A stretch of DNA of 64,000 nt. It comes from Candidatus Aminicenantes bacterium (GTDB taxonomy: Bacteria; Acidobacteriota; Aminicenantia; Aminicenantales; JAFGBC01). The DNA is taken from NCBI GenBank assembly GCA_963702005.1, contig OY969696.1, positions 3,232,001-3,296,000 of the forward strand, written 5' to 3'. This document shows, piece by piece, positions 63,419 to 64,000 of this stretch. How positions within the stretch are numbered: the first letter of the stretch is position 1; each line of letters opens with the position of its first letter. The position numbers were made by a program, and so were the translations under genes. The notes under the pieces were generated by a model, which saw only the letters and a list, made by a program, of their open reading frames with translations, made no database searches and was not told the DNA's origin.

Positions 63419-64000
63419 CAGGACCCCTCCCCGACCGCCGTGAAGCGCCGGGCGATTTCGATGACGACGGCCCTGATCTGGGCGATCAGCTTGACCCGCT
63501 CGGTAACGCTGATGGCGCGGCGGGCGTCGAGCAGGTTGAAGGCGTGGGAGCACTTGAGGCACATGTCGTAGGCCGGCAGCAGGAGGCCTTTCTTGACCAG
63601 GGCGCGGGCTTCATCCTCGGCGAAGGCGAAAATCTTGTGGAGCTTGGCGACGTCGGCCTGGTTGAAGTTGTACTCGGAGAACTCCTTTTCCTCGCGGAAG
63701 CGGAGGTCCCGGTAGGTCACGTCCGCCGACCAGTCGAGGTCGTAGATGTCCTCCTTGCGCTCGAGGAACATCTCGAGCCGTTCAAGTCCGTAGGTGATCT
63801 CAACCGGGACGGGGGCGAGGTCGAGGCCGCCCGCCTGCTGGAAATAGGTGAACTGGGTGATCTCGAGACCGTCGAGCATGACTTGCCAGCCGACGCCCCA
63901 GGCTCCGATCGTGGGGGATTCCCAGTTGTCCTCGTCGAAACGGAGGTCGTGCTCGCCCAGGTCGATCCCGAGCGAGACGAGGCTCTCGATGTAGAGACGC
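63418..64000 (-). CDS. glyQ: Glycine--tRNA ligase alpha subunit (5' part outside the window)
   Basis: [35 protein letters not shown] and KCSH.FNLLDAR motifs. Confidence 0.97.
   Translation of the reverse strand, partial: RLYIESLVSLGIDLGEHDLRFDEDNWESPTIGAWGVGWQVMLDGLEITQFTYFQQAGGLDLAPVPVEITYGLERLEMFLERKEDIYDLDWSADVTYRDLRFREEKEFSEYNFNQADVAKLHKIFAFAEDEARALVKKGLLLPAYDMCLKCSHAFNLLDARRAISVTERVKLIAQIRAVVIEIARRFTAVGEGS

Noticed and set aside
1-64000. tRNA, rRNA, prophage, integrase, transposase or defence genes
   Set aside because: None was recognised; intergenic spaces are short and lack cloverleaf or T-loop signatures.

Overview
A 64-kb, GC-rich chromosomal window from a diderm, LPS-producing bacterium. 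Gene content and style suggest Acidobacteriota, possibly Ca. Aminicenantes (inference only). Most of it is housekeeping: waaA, rpsO-pnp, lpxB, pcm, archaeal/eukaryote-type proS, coaE, HU/IHF, nfeD-slipin, lnt, prfB with its +1 frameshift, a 10-gene Mrp/Mnh antiporter, ribF, pyrR-pyrB-pyrC-rnc and glyQS. I found no rRNA, tRNA, CRISPR array or transposase. Two candidate uncharacterised systems stand out. (1) A probable c-di-GMP regulon: a LuxR regulator with a pseudo-receiver and a VpsT/BrpT-type WLPR motif is flanked by three PilZ paralogues. An operator with identical spacing (TCACCC-N6-TCACC-N9-GA, abutting a -35 box) occurs three times: before two PilZ genes and, 27 kb away, before a kinase/REC-GGDEF/Hpt phosphorelay. 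(2) A locus that may carry out SAM chemistry outside the cytoplasm: a Tat-signal AmmeMemoRadiSam-type radical SAM enzyme, a 14-TM MFS-like/spermidine-synthase-like fusion whose SAM domain is predicted to be periplasmic, a Tat-like PLP enzyme and a DUF362 protein, plus a divergent exported protein, all around a dyad-symmetric bidirectional promoter. Smaller oddities include a CARDB-TonB-receptor fusion, a HisRS/HisZ-like paralogue, a 1-bp frameshift in pyrC, a perfect 28-bp inverted repeat and many apparently leaderless genes. All family assignments come from motif recognition by eye, not database searches.
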